DNA of 64,000 nucleotides from Candidatus Latescibacterota bacterium (GTDB taxonomy: Bacteria > Latescibacterota > UBA2968), in NCBI GenBank assembly GCA_965205975.1, contig OZ242195.1:2944001-3008000 (forward strand). The letters are read 5' to 3'. Shown here piece after piece: positions 7,817 through 17,208 of the stretch. The notes under the pieces are model-generated. The model ran no database searches. It was not told the origin of the DNA and saw only the letters and a list, made by a program, of their open reading frames with translations. The first letter of the stretch is position 1, and every line of letters begins with the position of its first letter. Both the position numbers and the translations under genes were made by a program.

Positions 7817-10228
7817 TTATTCATTTTTTAACTCTTTCACGGGATCTGTTCGCACAATGCGTATGGTGTGATATGAAATTGCCGCAAGTGCCAAGGCGAT
7901 ACAGCCTATCGCTGGTCCCACGAAGTGCATTGGCTCCAGTGGCATTTGAAAAGGAAAGCGTTGCAAATACGCACGCATCGCAAAAAAGGCCAGGATGCAT
8001 CCAATTATACACCCAATGAATGCAAGACGAACTATGGGTAAGGACAGCAAAACAAAGAGGGAGTGTGTGGAAGCTCCCAGAACCTTGCGAACGCCAACTT
8101 CTTTTGTGCGGCGGGACAGCATGTGCAGGGCAAACCCGATCAATCCTACACAGGCGACAATAATCGCCATGAATGAAGCCGTATAGCCGATGGATTGATT
8201 TATCTTTCGGATATTTCGAGTAGAATTTGCCAATTCATCCTTCAAAAGACCGAACTGCGGTGTAACACCTAGCGCGATTTCTGACCAGATTTGCTTTAAT
8301 ATTCCCTTGGTTTCTGTTGCCATATCCGGTTGGAGGCGCACCAGAATAGCCCGAATCTTAGTTTCGGGGTCTTTGTGAATGACCAGGGGACCCATGGGGG
8401 GCAAAATATTTTGAAAATAAAAGTCAGAGATGACACCTACAACCTGGGGGTGCTCAACCTGTCCTACTTGAAATGGAAATGTCTGACCAAGTGCGTGCGT
8501 CCATTCAAATCGCTTTGCGAGGTGTTCGTTGACCAAAACCTCGTTGGTCGGTCCGTTTGGATCCAAATTCTTGCCAGCAACTAAATCCACACCGAGTGTC
8601 TTTAGAAAATCGCCGCGCACTTTATAATGCCAAACAATCACTTCTGAATCGGTCAGTTTTTGCATGCCTGGCGACGATAATACCGGAATACTATTCACAG
8701 CAACCAATCCGACAACACCTGGGAGTTGCTCTGCTTTTTGGCGAAATCGCTCGTAATAAACTTCTGCCTCATCCCCCAAGACTTTGGGTTGTATAACCAT
8801 CAAATGGCGCATATCGAATCCCCTATCCATATAAGTAAAGTGATCAATCCTCTGCACCATAATCGTGGAGGATATCATCAGAAATACAGCCACAGCAAAC
8901 TGAACAACCAGCAGAAATCGGCTCAGGAGTGCTCTTTGTCCCGGAGATGTTTCACCTTTGAGCGCATCTACGGGCTGAAGCCGCGACAACAGCCACGATG
9001 GGTAGAACCCAGCTAAAATTGCCAATAGCACAGGCAATACAAGAATGAACAGGAACACCGTCATATTCCATTGAAGCTGAGGCTTATAGTGAGGAAAGGG
9101 AAAGAGAGATGCAAAATGGGGAAGCAATAGTTCACTCGCGCTCAGCGCGGCCCCCATTGCGATAAAACAAAGAATCATCGACTCGAGAATCGTCTGTCCA
9201 ACAATATGGCGGCGAGTTGCACCCAAGGTCTTGCGAATGCCGACTTCCGTGCCGCGCGCCATGAGTCGACCAATGGTCACGATGCCAAAATTGACGGCTC
9301 CTACCATGAGCACCAGAATCCCCATGAAAGAAAGCAAGATTAGAAACTGCTGCGGTATGTTCATCACTTGAAGTCCCGACATCTCAAATTCAGATAACGC
9401 GGATAGGGGTTGAAGATGGATATGGATGGGAGACTCTTCCTTTCTCCATTGTCCTTCGGCGCGATAGTTGTCAATCTGTTTAGCAAAATAAGCATCTGAA
9501 AAGTAGGGCAATCGGCGCTTTATATGATCGGATGTAACATTTTCTTTTAGATATAAAAAAAGCATGCTATCAAATTCACTGAACTGATCAGAAGATGCAC
9601 GCTGAGTCATGTGCTGATACGGAATCAGCATATCAAATTGCAAACTTGAATAATCCGAAAACGTTTCGACCACACCGCTTATGGCAAAATGTTCCCGCGT
9701 ATTGTTTTGTACCAAAGTCATTGAAGTTCCAACCACGTCAGCTATCGCCCCATCACCCGCCAGTTTCTCAGCCAGTGTTCGAGAAATCAGAATATTTTGC
9801 GGATTTGATAGGGCCTCGCTATTCCCATAAAGCACGGAAAATGAAAACAATGATAAGAACGAGGGATCGACATACGCGGCATAATCCATCCGAAAATGTT
9901 CGTCTTCATAGAGATAAGTAAGACGTCTTGAACGATAACGACAGACCGTTCCCAATTCGCGCAACTCATCGGAGAGAAATGGCCCAGCATCGGAGCGAAA
10001 AGATGCGTTTCGCTGCTCCCATACGGTCTGACCGAGCGCATTAGTGCGATAGATCCAGAAAATTCGATCTGCGTTGTCGTGAAAATCATCCCGCGTGCGA
10101 TAGCGATCTTCCACAAGTACAAACACCATCAATGCACACGTAATGCCCAACACTAAACTCAATACACTCATCACACTGGCAATCCGGTCACGTTTGAGTC
10201 GTCGCCAAGCGATTTTGAGACTTTTCAT
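7817..10228 (-). CDS. ABC transporter permease, duplicated MacB_PCD/FtsX type
   Basis: LKIAWRRL, RGTEVGIRKTLGA, RRTKEVGVRKVLGA, C-terminal DPVKELKNE. Confidence 0.92.
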   Translation of the reverse strand: MKSLKIAWRRLKRDRIASVMSVLSLVLGITCALMVFVLVEDRYRTRDDFHDNADRIFWIYRTNALGQTVWEQRNASFRSDAGPFLSDELRELGTVCRYRSRRLTYLYEDEHFRMDYAAYVDPSFLSLFSFSVLYGNSEALSNPQNILISRTLAEKLAGDGAIADVVGTSMTLVQNNTREHFAISGVVETFSDYSSLQFDMLIPYQHMTQRASSDQFSEFDSMLFLYLKENVTSDHIKRRLPYFSDAYFAKQIDNYRAEGQWRKEESPIHIHLQPLSALSEFEMSGLQVMNIPQQFLILLSFMGILVLMVGAVNFGIVTIGRLMARGTEVGIRKTLGATRRHIVGQTILESMILCFIAMGAALSASELLLPHFASLFPFPHYKPQLQWNMTVFLFILVLPVLLAILAGFYPSWLLSRLQPVDALKGETSPGQRALLSRFLLVVQFAVAVFLMISSTIMVQRIDHFTYMDRGFDMRHLMVIQPKVLGDEAEVYYERFRQKAEQLPGVVGLVAVNSIPVLSSPGMQKLTDSEVIVWHYKVRGDFLKTLGVDLVAGKNLDPNGPTNEVLVNEHLAKRFEWTHALGQTFPFQVGQVEHPQVVGVISDFYFQNILPPMGPLVIHKDPETKIRAILVRLQPDMATETKGILKQIWSEIALGVTPQFGLLKDELANSTRNIRKINQSIGYTASFMAIIVACVGLIGFALHMLSRRTKEVGVRKVLGASTHSLFVLLSLPIVRLAFIGCIIGCILAFFAMRAYLQRFPFQMPLEPMHFVGPAIGCIALALAAISYHTIRIVRTDPVKELKNE

Positions 10229-10303
10229 TTTACGTCTCCAGTGGTCAGTTTTACTAAAGTTGTGCTCCGCTCTTTCTGAAAAAAATAAGGTGCATAATTT
10301 TAC

Positions 10304-10320
10304 AGCAATAACCGTGCCAA
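10304..10320 (-). promoter_or_regulatory. Sigma-54 (-24/-12) promoter
   Basis: Minus strand reads TTGGCACGGTTATTGCT, matching TGGCACG-N4-TTGC, ~75 nt upstream of the permease ATG. Confidence 0.85.
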
Positions 10321-10395
10321 AGTCATGAAAAAAAATTCAAATGCTGAAATAACAATAAGTTAAGAAAAATTTCTTAAAATTGATGTACGCGAAAG

Positions 10396-10432
10396 TGTCC
10401 GATTTTGGGACAGTAGTGTCCGAAAATGAACA
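10396..10432. promoter_or_regulatory. Tandem enhancer-like (bEBP) sites
   Basis: TGTCCGATTTTGGGACA and TGTCCGAAAATGAACA start 21 bp apart, 75-110 bp upstream of the -24 box, with an AT-rich spacer between. Confidence 0.65.
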
Positions 10433-10708
10433 CTGAGCTACAGAAAAATCAAAAAAGCAACTACAGATGCATACAGGGGTCAAGTGATTAGCTCAGAGGA
10501 CGCGACTAAGTACCACTTCTTCTAAATATTGCGTGAATACAATGGGGAATATAATTTGTGGCGAACAGTAAAAGACGCGAAAAATAAATGCGTGCGTAGC
10601 GGTGGGCCTCTGTAACCGTCTGAAGGTACAGGGCAGCCACAATAACGATTGTCAAATTTGAGTGCGTCGTCGGGTTTGTCATTGGGCGATTTGTGGAGGG
10701 CGTTTGAC

Positions 10709-11203
10709 ATGCCATCGGGTAAGACACATACGCGGATTGATCTTTTTTTGCTGATAATCATCATCGGCATAGGAGCCTGTTTTTGGAGTCCCCTCGTCGA
10801 ATATTTCGGACGCGATGAAATGGTCGAATACGGAACTGTCTTTGTGATTGCCTATTTATTTGGCACGTTTTTACTATCGCCCGATCTAGACTTAAAAGCC
10901 AGTGATCCATTGAAGAACTGGGGGATTTTGCGTTTGCTGTGGCGGCCTTATTCCCATATTTTTAAACACAGAGGGCTTTCCCATACGCCGATTGTGGGCA
11001 CCTTGACCCGCGTGCTTTATATTTTTCTGGTGGTGTACGCTCTCGCTGCTATGGCGAACGCATTTTTTGATCTGGGTTGGAAAATGTCGTTTGACGACTT
11101 GAAGGACATGGATTTCAAAATCGTAATATGGGCACTTGCGGGGCTGTGTTTGCCCGATCTTTTTCACATTTTGGCCGATCACACACTTAAAAACGCCCGT
11201 TGA
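10709..11203 (+). CDS. DUF2227-family putative metal-binding membrane protein
   Basis: MPSGKTH start, LSPDLDL, HRGLSHTPIVGT, HILAD; GGAGG RBS before ATG 10709. Confidence 0.85.
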   Translation: MPSGKTHTRIDLFLLIIIIGIGACFWSPLVEYFGRDEMVEYGTVFVIAYLFGTFLLSPDLDLKASDPLKNWGILRLLWRPYSHIFKHRGLSHTPIVGTLTRVLYIFLVVYALAAMANAFFDLGWKMSFDDLKDMDFKIVIWALAGLCLPDLFHILADHTLKNAR

Positions 11204-11239
11204 CTTCTGGTTTAGTGCCCCTTATATTGCACACCCGCT

Positions 11240-12094
11240 GTGCTAAAAGCATTGGGAGATATGTTGAACTGGCAACGCAAAAATTTTTCGGTACTGGTCA
11301 TTCCAGATGATGGATCGAGAACCCTGAAGTTCAAGCTCAATTATCACATGCTATTGGGGATAGGCCTGGGATCTGTCTTGGCGCTGTGTATGGTATTTGT
11401 CGGTCTGTTTTTTTTCTGGAGAGCCACGTATTGGAAACACACCGCACAAATGCTTGAACAGGACAATGAGCGCCTGTACGCCGATGTTACCCGCGTGGAT
11501 GAATTGGCGCAAGTGGTAACGCGCATGAAGGTCGGAGAGCAAACACTGCGTTCTATATTGGCCAGCCACACCGGCTTGTCGCCAACACCTGTTGAAGCAC
11601 GATACCTTGAGGGTGACTATCCAGTTACAACGCTATTGGTGCAAAACAAGCCACGTGATGGTCTGGATATGCACTGGGTTCCCGCAATCTGGCCTGTATC
11701 CCCTTCTGTTGGATGGGTGGCACGCGCGTTTGAAGCGGGTGACACCTGCATCAGCGTGCTATCTCCGACGGGCATATTCAAAAATCGTCATTCGGGGATT
11801 GATATCGCCGCCAATGAAGGGACGCCTGTGCAGGCCACAGCCGATGGACAGGTAACATTTGCAGATTTCGATCCCGAGTTGGGGTATATGGTGGTTATTG
11901 ACCACGGTGGAATTTATACGACCCGGTATGGTCACAATCGCACACTGCTGGTCAAAGAAGGAGAGTATGTTAGGCAAGGGCAATACGTTGCACTGGTGGG
12001 TACCTCAACGCAAAGCCGTGAGCCTCATTTACACTATGAAATTATCGAAGGGGGGCGGGCATGCAATCCGCTCGATTTCTTACCTCGAAAATAG
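11240..12094 (+). CDS. M23-family metallopeptidase with N-terminal membrane anchor
   Basis: HSGID, TRYGH, PHLHYEI. Confidence 0.9.
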   Translation: MLKALGDMLNWQRKNFSVLVIPDDGSRTLKFKLNYHMLLGIGLGSVLALCMVFVGLFFFWRATYWKHTAQMLEQDNERLYADVTRVDELAQVVTRMKVGEQTLRSILASHTGLSPTPVEARYLEGDYPVTTLLVQNKPRDGLDMHWVPAIWPVSPSVGWVARAFEAGDTCISVLSPTGIFKNRHSGIDIAANEGTPVQATADGQVTFADFDPELGYMVVIDHGGIYTTRYGHNRTLLVKEGEYVRQGQYVALVGTSTQSREPHLHYEIIEGGRACNPLDFLPRK

Positions 12095-12537
12095 CGAAGT
12101 TTAACAAACAGAACCACGTAGAATCCATCAATACGATTGTAGGCGAGAGATCGGTTGTGGAAGGGCATTTTGAGATCGCCGACAGTATTCGCGTAGATGG
12201 AACTTTTCGTGGAAAAATCACTTCTTCTGGTTCACTGATCGTCAGTACACGGGGAGAGGTAGATGCCGATTTGATTCAGGTAAAAGATGCGGTTATTGAT
12301 GGATGTGTCAAAGGACCTCTGGATGCCTCGCACTCAGTAAGGCTTGGCCCCAGTGCTGAGGTTGATGGCGACATTACAACTCAGGTGCTGATAGTCCAAA
12401 AAGGGGCTGTATTGCGCGGGACCTGTACTGTAGCACCCAATTCTGTAGATATAGAAAAGCAGGAAGAGGAAAAAGAGAAGCAGGAAGAAGACATGGATAT
12501 AAAAAAACAAGAGGAGGTCGAGCAGGTAGCAGATTGA
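12061..12537 (+). CDS. Bactofilin (polymer-forming cytoskeletal protein)
   Basis: TIVGERSVVEG, IRVDGTFRGKI, GAVLRGTC; usual pairing with an M23 peptidase; acidic low-complexity tail. Confidence 0.88.
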   Translation: MQSARFLTSKIAKFNKQNHVESINTIVGERSVVEGHFEIADSIRVDGTFRGKITSSGSLIVSTRGEVDADLIQVKDAVIDGCVKGPLDASHSVRLGPSAEVDGDITTQVLIVQKGAVLRGTCTVAPNSVDIEKQEEEKEKQEEDMDIKKQEEVEQVAD

Positions 12538-12553
12538 TCGACACTGCGATAGA

Positions 12554-12587
12554 CAAAAAACGCGCGTTTATGACGCGCGTTTTTTTT
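12554..12587. terminator. Bidirectional intrinsic terminator
   Basis: aaaaaacgcgcgt-ttatg-acgcgcgttttttttt between convergent genes. Confidence 0.9.
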
Positions 12588-12623
12588 ATCAGATACTGAA
12601 TTCAGACTCGCACCGTACAGTAT

Positions 12624-13919
12624 TCAGCACAGGCTTTGATAACGACCATTGGGCAAAAGACGCTGTGCATTGTGTTGGCTGAGTTTAACCTCCATTAAAA
12701 CATCGTTGCCCTTGTAGTCCGTGTGCAAAACTTCGCCAATTCGATAGAGTTCTGACAGGAGCTTGCCTTCGCGTTGCGGAATCTGAACCACGAGCGTCAG
12801 ACGGTCGCCCTCAAGATGGTTGTAGATCGCCCACCGCAAATCTTTGAGTCCCTCGCCCGTTTCAGCGGAAAGCCAGACTGCATCGGGATATGTCGCTATT
12901 AGATATTCGCGTCGGGTCTGATCGTCTAACAGATCATTTTTGTTAAACACCAGCATCGTCGGCCTGTCGGCTACGTCGAGTTCGCCAAGCACCTCAATCA
13001 CCGTGGCGATATGTTCTTCACAAGCTGGATGGCTGACATCAACAACGTGGAGCAAAAGATCGGCTTCAATTGCTTCTTCGAGAGTACTGTGAAAAGAAGC
13101 GATCAGATGGTGGGGCAACTTTTTGATAAAACCAACAGTATCGGACAACAAAATATCGCGGTTATAACCAAGAGAAACGCGCCGCGTGGTGGAATCAAGG
13201 GTAGCAAAGAGCCGATCCTCAATCAGTACATCGGCGCCAGAAAGGGCACGCATAAGCGTAGATTTCCCCGCATTGGTATAGCCGACAAGTGCCGTGCGAA
13301 AAATATCGGTGCGTTGTTTGCGGGCGACCGCGCGTTGTCTGGCAATGCGGTCCAGTGCCTGTTTGAGAATAGTAATGCGGCGATTGGTCGCGCGTCGATC
13401 CACCTCGAGCTGCGTTTCACCCGGTCCGCGCGTACCCACCCCGCCAGTGCCACCAGTACCGCCAGCCTGCCGCGAAAGATGGGTCCATTGACGGGTCAAC
13501 CGGGGCAACATATAGATAAGTTGTGCCAACTCGACCTGTGTTTGCGCCTCTCGGGTTCTGGCGCGGCTGGCAAAAATATCCAGAATAAGTCGGCTGCGAT
13601 CGATAATTTTAACTTCAAGCAGGGCTTCGAGATTGCGGGTTTGTGCCGGCGAGAGGTCTTCGTCAAAAATAACGGCTTGGGCATCGCATTCTGCGACCTG
13701 TTCGACGAGTTCTTCAGCCTTGCCGCGACCAATCAGATACGCGGGATCTCTGCGCCGGCGTTCCTGAAGCACCTGCACAGCAACATCAACACCTGCTGTA
13801 TCCGCCAAAAGCCCGAGTTCGTCAAGCGTGTCCTGTGCTTCCTCAAGTGAGACACCGGGCAACGCAAGCCCGACGAGTATGCCCCGCTCAAGCGCGTGTT
13901 CTTTTGTGAGATCGTACAT
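12624..13919 (-). CDS. hflX: Ribosome-splitting GTPase HflX
   Basis: GPGETQLEVDRR, GYTNAGKS, LFATLD, DTVGFI, NKxD. Confidence 0.97.
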   Translation of the reverse strand: MYDLTKEHALERGILVGLALPGVSLEEAQDTLDELGLLADTAGVDVAVQVLQERRRRDPAYLIGRGKAEELVEQVAECDAQAVIFDEDLSPAQTRNLEALLEVKIIDRSRLILDIFASRARTREAQTQVELAQLIYMLPRLTRQWTHLSRQAGGTGGTGGVGTRGPGETQLEVDRRATNRRITILKQALDRIARQRAVARKQRTDIFRTALVGYTNAGKSTLMRALSGADVLIEDRLFATLDSTTRRVSLGYNRDILLSDTVGFIKKLPHHLIASFHSTLEEAIEADLLLHVVDVSHPACEEHIATVIEVLGELDVADRPTMLVFNKNDLLDDQTRREYLIATYPDAVWLSAETGEGLKDLRWAIYNHLEGDRLTLVVQIPQREGKLLSELYRIGEVLHTDYKGNDVLMEVKLSQHNAQRLLPNGRYQSLC

Positions 13920-14034
13920 AGTAGTGTTTCGGTGGATTTTTAAGCATCCTGAGACTTTCGGTCTATTGTGGCATCGTCTTTAGGCCATCAGTTCATGGTA
14001 TCATAGTCAATTTGATCTGTATATCTTTGATATA

Positions 14035-14520
14035 TCACTGTGTTATTCCTGTCGCAAGTTCTCTAACTGACACTGTGAATCTCTGCCCAATTGCATGAGA
14101 CTTTGCCAAAGTAAGAAACTCTATTTCATCGCGAAGATCTTTCAACTTTATAGTCTCGTCGCTCAGCACTTGTCCGAAAAGCTTGAACCAAAACCACCGC
14201 TTCAGAAATATACTCGTAATATGGTTTGGCACCATCCCTATCTTACGCCACTTAGATGGGGTACTCTTGTGCATACCAATATGCTTTGCGACCTCATAGA
14301 ATGATGTCTCGCTGACATCACAAAGAAACTCCAACTCTACGAAGCTCAGGACTTCTGAAGACCCACAGATTTGGTTGGCAATTGCTTTGTGTATTCTGTC
14401 AATCTCATCCTGTGAGATTGCGACTGTCCCATCTGGCATCTTTTTAAGATGCAACTTCGGGACAAGCCAGGTTCGACCAGCGGCCCGATACTTGTAATTT
14501 TTCTCAATCAGGCGGCGCAT
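14035..14520 (-). CDS. MqsA-like HTH protein, putative antitoxin
   Basis: GAGGAG RBS 7 nt before ATG 14520; XRE-like HTH (SFYEVAKHIGMHKSTPSKWRK); overlaps the upstream small gene. Confidence 0.55.
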   Translation of the reverse strand: MRRLIEKNYKYRAAGRTWLVPKLHLKKMPDGTVAISQDEIDRIHKAIANQICGSSEVLSFVELEFLCDVSETSFYEVAKHIGMHKSTPSKWRKIGMVPNHITSIFLKRWFWFKLFGQVLSDETIKLKDLRDEIEFLTLAKSHAIGQRFTVSVRELATGITQ

Positions 14521-14881
14521 TTTCATTCTCCTCAAGAAAGCCTTCCGATCTGGCAAGAAGGCGTGCTGAACTTGCCGAAGTAACCGATGGCGCACCATCA
14601 GTGCCATCGTAAAAACAGTAAAGAATAGCGTAAAGCACTTCATCATCTTTGTGAAAGACTCTGATACATGCGTAGTATCCAGACCGTCCGCTCGAGTTTG
14701 AGGGTGCCCATACAGCAAGTTCCTTCACAGTTTCACTTGTGCTTTTTGTCCCGACTAATCGTCCAACTTTAATGATGTATTGCAGTTTCTGACGAGCGCG
14801 AGCATATCTATCTGTTTCTGGCTCGTGTTCAACTAAGACTCTATGTCTGGGTATAAGTCTTATGGCATTCAACCAATCCAT
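14504..14881 (-). CDS. Hypothetical 125-aa protein, putative toxin partner
   Basis: First gene of an overlapping pair; TTGACT-16-TAAATT lies 6 nt before the ATG, suggesting a leaderless transcript. No recognisable family. Confidence 0.5.
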   Translation of the reverse strand: MDWLNAIRLIPRHRVLVEHEPETDRYARARQKLQYIIKVGRLVGTKSTSETVKELAVWAPSNSSGRSGYYACIRVFHKDDEVLYAILYCFYDGTDGAPSVTSASSARLLARSEGFLEENENAPPD

Positions 14882-14960
14882 AATTGGAATTTATCAACTC
14901 AACAAAAAAAGTCAATGCCTCAGTCGCGGAATATACAGCAATTTACTGAATCTAAATTCA

Positions 14961-15458
14961 CTACGTCTTAAAATTCGGCCTTATGATAGACGCAATCTCT
15001 TCCGCCCGTTCCCATGACATAGTCACCTTCTGCTTCAAACCCCCATCTTTTGGCTGTAAGGCAGCGATATGAGGTGGCCCACTGCCCCAGGTGCTCGACT
15101 TTCGCCGAGGAACAACGTGCATGTGAAAATGCGGCACCTCCTGCAAACTGGCCACGCCGTTATTCTGATAGACCGTAATCCCATCCGGATTGAAAGTCTT
15201 AACAAGTGCTTCCGCTGCTATTCGGACCGTCTTCATAATTTCGCCAGCCTCGTCATCCGTCAGATCCAATATCGTCGGCGCGTGTCGGCGAGGGATAACG
15301 AGAAGCTGTCCGATCTCAAACTGCCTGGGATTGAGCAACGCAAGCGTCTTTTCAGTCGAATTGATAACATGCCTCATTTCACCCCGTCCAGCAACTCTTT
15401 CACAAAATGGACAGGGATCCCACGTCGGCATCTCAAACGGGGCAACAGTATCACTCAT
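14961..15458 (-). CDS. HIT-family hydrolase
   Basis: CPFC and QEVPHFHMHVVPR. Confidence 0.92.
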   Translation of the reverse strand: MSDTVAPFEMPTWDPCPFCERVAGRGEMRHVINSTEKTLALLNPRQFEIGQLLVIPRRHAPTILDLTDDEAGEIMKTVRIAAEALVKTFNPDGITVYQNNGVASLQEVPHFHMHVVPRRKSSTWGSGPPHIAALQPKDGGLKQKVTMSWERAEEIASIIRPNFKT

Positions 15459-15939
15459 TGATTTTTTTTCTGTGTGATTTCTCATAAGAAACAATAGTCA
15501 TCCTATCATTGATCTCTCGCGTAACGCCAGTTCTCCTGTATCCCATTTTCTCATAAAAATAACAATTGCCTTCCTCTTGTAAAATCGTCTCAAGCTCCCA
15601 GCGCTCCGCATCAACAACATCCTCAACGAGCCCGATGGTATTTTGACCATATCCCTTCCCCTGATGCTCTGGAACGATAAACATGGGACTAATCCTCGCC
15701 CGTCTCACCTCGTCATCGTAGATAATTCTGATCGCTCCGATTCGCACGCTGTCAAGCATGATGAAGTAGTAAGTAGTATGGGGCTGCTTTAATCTGTCGA
15801 TAATTCGTTCAACATCTTCACTGGCCGGATTCGTATCATAATCCCGATACTTGCGAAGCAGTGGCAAAAATGACGCAACCTGAAGCCGATGAATAGCTTC
15901 CGCGTCTCTAATAGATGCTTTCTTTAGACTGATCCGCAT
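15451..15939 (-). CDS. GNAT acetyltransferase
   Basis: PEHQGKGYG, FYEKMGY. Confidence 0.88.
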   Translation of the reverse strand: MRISLKKASIRDAEAIHRLQVASFLPLLRKYRDYDTNPASEDVERIIDRLKQPHTTYYFIMLDSVRIGAIRIIYDDEVRRARISPMFIVPEHQGKGYGQNTIGLVEDVVDAERWELETILQEEGNCYFYEKMGYRRTGVTREINDRMTIVSYEKSHRKKINE

Positions 15940-15943
15940 AAGT

Positions 15944-16495
15944 TCACCTGTTTTTACGCGCCACCCATTCATCACGCAGTAAACCGCACCACACCATGTT
16001 TTTAAATTCGCCTCTTAGATAGATATCCTGGCGCAGGACACCTTCACGGACCATTCCGAGCTTCTCCATGACCCGGAGAGAACCCATATTTCTCTCATCG
16101 GCTGCAGCGCGAATGCGATTCAAATCTGGATAGGCCGAAAACGATTCATCGATAACAGCACCCGCAGCTTCCGTAGTCAATCCCTTTCCCCAAAAGCGTC
16201 GGGCAATGCTATAGCCCATTTCGCCAACGCGATTATCAAAATCAAATCCAATATTAATCCCACCAATAACAGAACCAGCGTATTCAATCGCCCAGGATGC
16301 GCGTGTTTTGCGATCCTGCAACACCTGACCTGCCACAAATTTTTCGGCATCTGCTCTCGTATAGGGTTGGGGAACTGGAAGAAAGCGTGCCCATTCCGGA
16401 TCGGATGCATACAACAGGACATCTTCAACATCCACAAGGCTAAACAGCCTGAGTATCAATCGGTCTGTTTTAATAAGTTCCGACAGCATTTTCAT
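15944..16495 (-). CDS. RimJ/RimL-type GNAT acetyltransferase
   Basis: TDRLILR, WGKGLTTEA, NMGSLRVMEKLGM. Confidence 0.9.
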   Translation of the reverse strand: MKMLSELIKTDRLILRLFSLVDVEDVLLYASDPEWARFLPVPQPYTRADAEKFVAGQVLQDRKTRASWAIEYAGSVIGGINIGFDFDNRVGEMGYSIARRFWGKGLTTEAAGAVIDESFSAYPDLNRIRAAADERNMGSLRVMEKLGMVREGVLRQDIYLRGEFKNMVWCGLLRDEWVARKNR

Positions 16496-16509
16496 GTCTC
16501 TTTTTTCAG

Positions 16510-17130
16510 TCAGCGCACATCCTCATTCAACCACCTGAGAAAACTCTCGTCATTGGTGTACTCATAGGCAAAACCACCACAACCTCTGAACAACTCTGGC
16601 TCCTTACTGCCATCTTCAATCAAAAGACTATTTCCATAGTGGATATCATCTCCCAGTGCCTTAAATGCAATCGGCCAGAGTACGCGTTTGTCGAATTCTC
16701 CATAATCTGAAGAATTGATAATCACATCAAATTTCTCGTTCAATCCATGCGCTGGAACGACGACATCTGAGAAAACATCCATATTGGCAGTTACAATCGC
16801 GGTTCTTCTCCCCAGACTTCTCTGCGTCAGTGCAAAATTCAGGACTGCCTCGTTAAAGTCAAGATCTCTGCATCCCAATTCCATAGTTTTCAAAACCGCA
16901 GAAATATCCATATTTGCGTGATTGGAGACAATAGCCGCAATATCTCTAAGACCCAGAGCATTCGTCATCCACATCCTGCAGATATGCCGATTGGCGAACA
17001 CATGCTCTTGAATAATCTCATGCCACTCGGGGCATTCAGGTGGGGATACCTTGAAATAGAGGTCGGATGACAACGTAAAACCGAAATCGAAAACAACGCA
17101 CTTGATCTTGCTCAGATCACCAACCTTCAT
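16510..17130 (-). CDS. HAD-superfamily-like protein
   Basis: CVVFDFGFTL (degenerate motif I), IVTAN, LLIEDG. Confidence 0.65.
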   Translation of the reverse strand: MKVGDLSKIKCVVFDFGFTLSSDLYFKVSPPECPEWHEIIQEHVFANRHICRMWMTNALGLRDIAAIVSNHANMDISAVLKTMELGCRDLDFNEAVLNFALTQRSLGRRTAIVTANMDVFSDVVVPAHGLNEKFDVIINSSDYGEFDKRVLWPIAFKALGDDIHYGNSLLIEDGSKEPELFRGCGGFAYEYTNDESFLRWLNEDVR

Positions 17131-17208
17131 TTCCCACACCTTTTGACTGAACTTTTGGAATAGCCTCGAAATAGTGAAGGCATCACTCTACAAATAGGGA
17201 TTCAATTT

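Noticed and set aside
7120..10228. Darobactin cluster (WNW core plus FtsX-type permease)
   Set aside because: No DarE-like radical SAM gene, the core diverges after WNW, and the leader is lasso-type. Kept only as an alternative hypothesis.
12448..12520. Repeats at the bactofilin 3' end
   Set aside because: Low-complexity coding sequence for a KQEE-rich acidic tail, not a separate element.
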